Origin: Catajapyx aquilonaris
Lineage: Eukaryota
Assembly: GCA_000934665.2 (NCBI GenBank)
Contig: KZ538311.1
Coordinates: 62,001-126,000 of the forward strand
Length of the DNA stretch: 64,000 nucleotides
Reading direction: 5' to 3'
In this document: one piece after another, positions 59,701-64,000 of the stretch
Numbering within the stretch: position 1 is the stretch's first letter
Layout of the letters: each line of letters starts with the position of its first letter
The notes under the pieces: model-generated
Told to the model about the DNA's origin: nothing
The model's database searches: none
Seen by the model: only the letters and a program-made list of their open reading frames with translations
Made by a program: the position numbers and the translations under genes

Positions 59701-62700
59701 TGAAAAGCATCGATCGTCCTGAGGCCGCATCATCCACGTAAGCCATCAACTTGCCCCAGATTCCCAACTGCTTGTCTTTGGGACTGTTTAATTGGGCGCA
59801 GGCCGGGCACAGAATAGCCCCGCTTCGTTTGTCAATTTGCCCGCGCGCCATAGCGCATGTTAAACCCTTATAAAATAATTGTCTCAGCGGGAGATCACAA
59901 CCGCTGCCGCATTTAACCAGGCGCCATTTTGGGGGGTGCGACGAGCCTTGTCCTCAACCACGAATTTCGGTGTTGTAGCAACCAAGAACACTCTGTACAT
60001 ATTCAAGCAGTCCTGTAAAGCACTCTCTCGGTGCCTCAGTTACTTAACACTGTTCACAATGTATCTTCCCAGATGGCCATTCTTGTGTACGTGTTAAAAA
60101 TAAGGTGTTTTGATCAAAATAAAATTTTGAAGATGGCTACAAAAATTATTTTCGAATGCAGAATGATCTAAGCATATGATTGGAAAGAGAGCTGTTACGT
60201 GTACGTATGTTTAATTTGTCATGCGTAATTATTGTAAAGAGTGGAAGAGCTTGAAAACATGTCCTGAAAAGCAGAGTTGAGGAGTGCCCGAAAGTATAGC
60301 ATGTAAGAGACTTAAGAAAATGAGCCTAGTATGAAACTAAGGAGAAGCTAAAGAAAGAGTGGAACTATAAAAAGTGGCTAAAGAGTCTCCATGTAAGAAA
60401 GTACCTACTCTTGCAACTACTTTTCACGTTGTTTCTAACTATATTTTCAACTTTTCCAGCTTTCATCTAAGGCTATTTTCATAGCAAGTTTGTTCAAGCC
60501 CTTGTCACTGGGTTTTAATTTTTGTTATTGCTTCCAATTAAGATTATTAGCTGACTTCACTTTAAAACATTTCCCCCAGCATCTCGCAATAATTGGCCAA
60601 TCAACCACGTTTTAAAACACACTGTGAGTGAACATCCCCAGCCAGGACACACCGTCTCATTTAACTAAGTTAGTCGCAGTGCCACATCCGGCACTTAGCC
60701 CCCCCGACGAGTCGTTCCCAACCACCACGTCCACTTGCCATCATTTTGGGTGCAAACCGCCCTCTGCAAGTGCATTTTGCATATTTCTGGCCATCCTCTC
60801 CCAGTGTGCTCCTCCACATCTGATAGTCACGCGTCCCATTTCTGGCGTGTCGGCTATCGGGCCATTCCAGCAGCCTCCACCATTTTTCCCTTGGGGACCT
60901 TACCCAGCCTCAAGTATATACACTCTCTGTATAGTACAGCAGTAAGGTGTGGGTGGAACGAGATGGATTCCGGGGATAGGGGAGCCGGGGAAAAGCCTAG
61001 CCCATTACTAGCTTGCGGTTGTGCTGCTTTCCCCTGGAGAGCATAGCTCGACACAAACCTCGGAGACAAAAGCAAGAGGAGCCGCCAGAAATGCAGCTCA
61101 CACTCGGAGAAAGAGACCTCCCACCGTTATGTGAGCGGTACATTTCCTTAATTACTGCCTGGCTGCACTATACACTCGCCTGCAGGTTACGCTGCTTATT
61201 GCATTCCAAAAATTGAAAATGTAGGAGGGGGAAAAGGGGGCGGGTCTGGTGCATTGTGTTTGAGTTTATGCAATCTTAAAATATGGGGCTCTAGGGAAAT
61301 GGGAGTATTTCATATGTTAGAGGCTTGTTTTTGAGTGCAAAGGTAATTGGCCCATTCTTTGTTGGAATATTCCATGCAAAGATGGAGCTAGATTTGTGTT
61401 TACGAGGTGTGATAATGCACGGAGTCGTCTGAGTGATGTAACAATGTAATTTCGACTTTTCTAACAATGGTTCGCTGCAGAGAAATTGGCTTTTATTATT
61501 TTACATCAATTTTAGCAAAATATTGATGTAAATAAATAAATGTAACATGGACAATCTCTCTGAAAAGACAGAAAAACTTTTTCCGTTTCGTAAGGAGGGC
61601 AGGCATTTTAGGGCAATATTTTCCTAAAATTCGAGGGGTCTCTGCAATGAAGGGTTCTATGCACTTACCTGGTTCATACTGAGGAGAACCCTTCATTTAT
61701 AAATCCCCAAATTTTTTCGCTCCGAATTGGGGAGAACTGATTGGGCCATTTGAGGCCTGACTTGGAATATTTACTGGGTCGATTTTTTTTTTGTGAGTCG
61801 CGGTCGCCCTTCGACCTGGCTCTCATTGGCGGGGTCAACCATGTTTGCAGTTGCCGAAATTAATGGCTTCCTCCCGCACACATTTCAGGAGCTGAGCAGA
61901 ATCGATGCTGAGACGCCTTCTCTCTTCCCTGACGGCTTGGTGAGTAATATTTATTTGACGTCGACGTAGCAATCGCGTCCGAAACGGGGCACAAAAGTCG
62001 ACATTTATTTATGGACAGGTCAACACTAAAGTCACCATAAAGGGACAGGATTGATTGATAGCTGTACACTTTCGGCGGACTTTCGGGTCCAAACGTCTCG
62101 TACAAACTAATTTATATGTGTTGAAACTCCATCAGGCAATGTTGATCGTATATTGGTCAAAATTTTATCAAAAAATAATATTATAATCGTGTCACATATT
62201 CAACTCTACTGCACAAGCCCGTCATCCCCCTATTGATTAAAGTGACGAGTTTCAACCCGATGCTAATCGGCTGCGGAGGTCCTCTGTGGCTTGAAACGTC
62301 AACAGAACAGCGGTTTACATGACAGCTATGTCGAATTTGGAAAACAGGTCGACCCGAAAAGAATTAATGTATTAAATACTTCCCGCCCCACGCAGAAAAA
62401 AAAGCGCAACTGACACCAATGAAATAGAGGACCCATTAAAATAATCCTGAAAATTACACTTGTCCATCTGAATAGATCGGACACATGTCTCCCAATATAC
62501 ATTCGAGTCGAAATAAGCACGTTAAGTTAGATCTATGTAACTCCTCCCTCTCCCTGTTTTTCTTTGGTGTCGACCCGATGGAATTAGTCTCTGGGAGAGA
62601 AATGAGATTGACGAGAGGTCTGTGACGTCATCCTCCCCTCTCCTCCTTCCCCCATCGCGCAATCTCATTCCTCCACTGCGGCTTTCTGCCCTGATTGACA

Positions 62701-63953
62701 CTCCGTAGCCTTCCGATTTTTCTCTCTTTTTTGGAGGACCTTGGCGAGCCAGCCAGGCAAATGGAGCTGCTCCTTAGACTTTTGGTCCAAAATTTCAGGC
62801 TCCCAAAATCAGAGCTCTACTCAGGGAGATAACAAATGCAAAACGCCAACTTTTGGACGCCCCCGGTTTGGTCCAAGCTGTTGCCTCAGGGTCAAGTGTT
62901 TGCAGAGTTTCGTGTTACATCCAAAGCCAGCAGAGGAAGGAGGGAGAATGGGGACAAAGTTTGTCGGAATTATTTTCTGCAAAAAAAAAGCACAAAGAGG
63001 AGGAGGAGGAGGAACAATCGGATGTGCGGATGACTCGAATTACGACTTAGGCTCTACCCACTTTGTGGCCACTAACATCCGACGATGCCAAACATTTCGT
63101 GCGAAATGGCAGAGCACACAGAAACACTTGTGCACACTAATTTCATAAAGATGGTCACACGGCAGTATATAGTTCCTGAAAGTAATGTTAGCCTACATCA
63201 TCCAGTATGATCCGGTTTTGTAATCAGATTTGGCTGGGTAGGCCCTGTACGGGGACTTGCCTGCTGGAGAAACTTTTATATTATTATTATTATGCAAAAG
63301 TTTTCCCTCCCATCGTGTCCTCCGCCGAGGCTCTTTGATATGTGCGAGGAATTTTGATCGCGGACCGACAATAGCCGCGGATTAAAACGGCGATCGGGCT
63401 TGAGTTCAGGTTAAACACAGTTCTTCTCCTTCGCCTTGGCTAATCCCAACGTGTTTGGCACGGGCTTGGAAGATCTTCAGTTTGGATTCGGGAGATAAAT
63501 TATTTATGAACCCGCCTGAAGGGTGGGAGGAGGAGCAAAGAGACGTATATTTTATGGAGAAAGAGAAAGAGAGAGAGAGAGAAAAAAAGTTTCTGCCAGG
63601 GTTTCAGCCTGGAATAACTGTAGTTTAAAGGATAACGCGGGTTGATCTGTTATGTCTGATAGAAGCTGTCTTCGTACTTGGAAGCTAAGGGCCTAAGGGT
63701 CTGGAGATGAGTTACAAGCTACAGATTTTATGTGCAATTTTTGGTGCAGTGTCCGACTAGTTGATTTATACTATTGAAAGGCTGGCGGTGCAGTGCATAA
63801 ATATCAAAACTAGAGCATACATTGCAATTTTTAAATTAAATTTTGTGCCTGCATCAGTTCCTATTAAATTAAATGTTAAGTGTACTCCCAAGTGTGCTGC
63901 TTAGGAGTGCAACTATCTAGTTTGGGTTAATAGCAGTATGACTTTCAAGTGAA

Positions 63954-64000
63954 GCATCGGTGGTTCAGTGGTAGAATGCTCGCCTGCCACGCGGGCGACC
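63954..64000 (+). tRNA. trnG-GCC: tRNA-Gly (GCC), truncated by window end
   Basis: GCATCGGTGGTTCAGTGGTAGAATGCTCGCCTGCCACGCGGGCGACC: acceptor 5' strand, D-arm with A-box, and anticodon loop CTGCCAC match metazoan tRNA-Gly(GCC). Confidence 0.9.

Overview
Eukaryotic genomic DNA, probably from an invertebrate/arthropod (inferred from many 54-85 nt GT-AG introns and the protein families). It holds five intron-containing protein genes, whose exons I reconstructed by hand with phase checks: the 3' end of a Disabled-like endocytic adaptor (+), FGGY carbohydrate kinase (-, 571 aa), a RIPOR/FAM65 gene (+, 16 coding exons, 1001 aa), UDP-glucose 4-epimerase GALE (-, 370 aa) and eIF2B-gamma (+, 459 aa). 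After these come a hAT MITE, a decayed LINE, about 19 kb with no recognisable coding exon, and a tRNA-Gly(GCC) cut by the window end. The main finding is in GALE: two tandem 193-nt exons with the same phases, about 42% identical in protein and only 37 nt apart. They look obligately mutually exclusive and carry different residues (Leu vs Met) at the substrate-gatekeeper position (human Cys307 / E. coli Tyr299), so splicing may switch substrate specificity. Other observations are a mirror-symmetric bidirectional promoter, a phased CCAAT+CRE array, several MITEs including a 22-bp palindrome with an 8-bp target duplication, and a promoter-like motif cluster in the gene-poor region. No database searches were run; family calls rest on recalled motifs.
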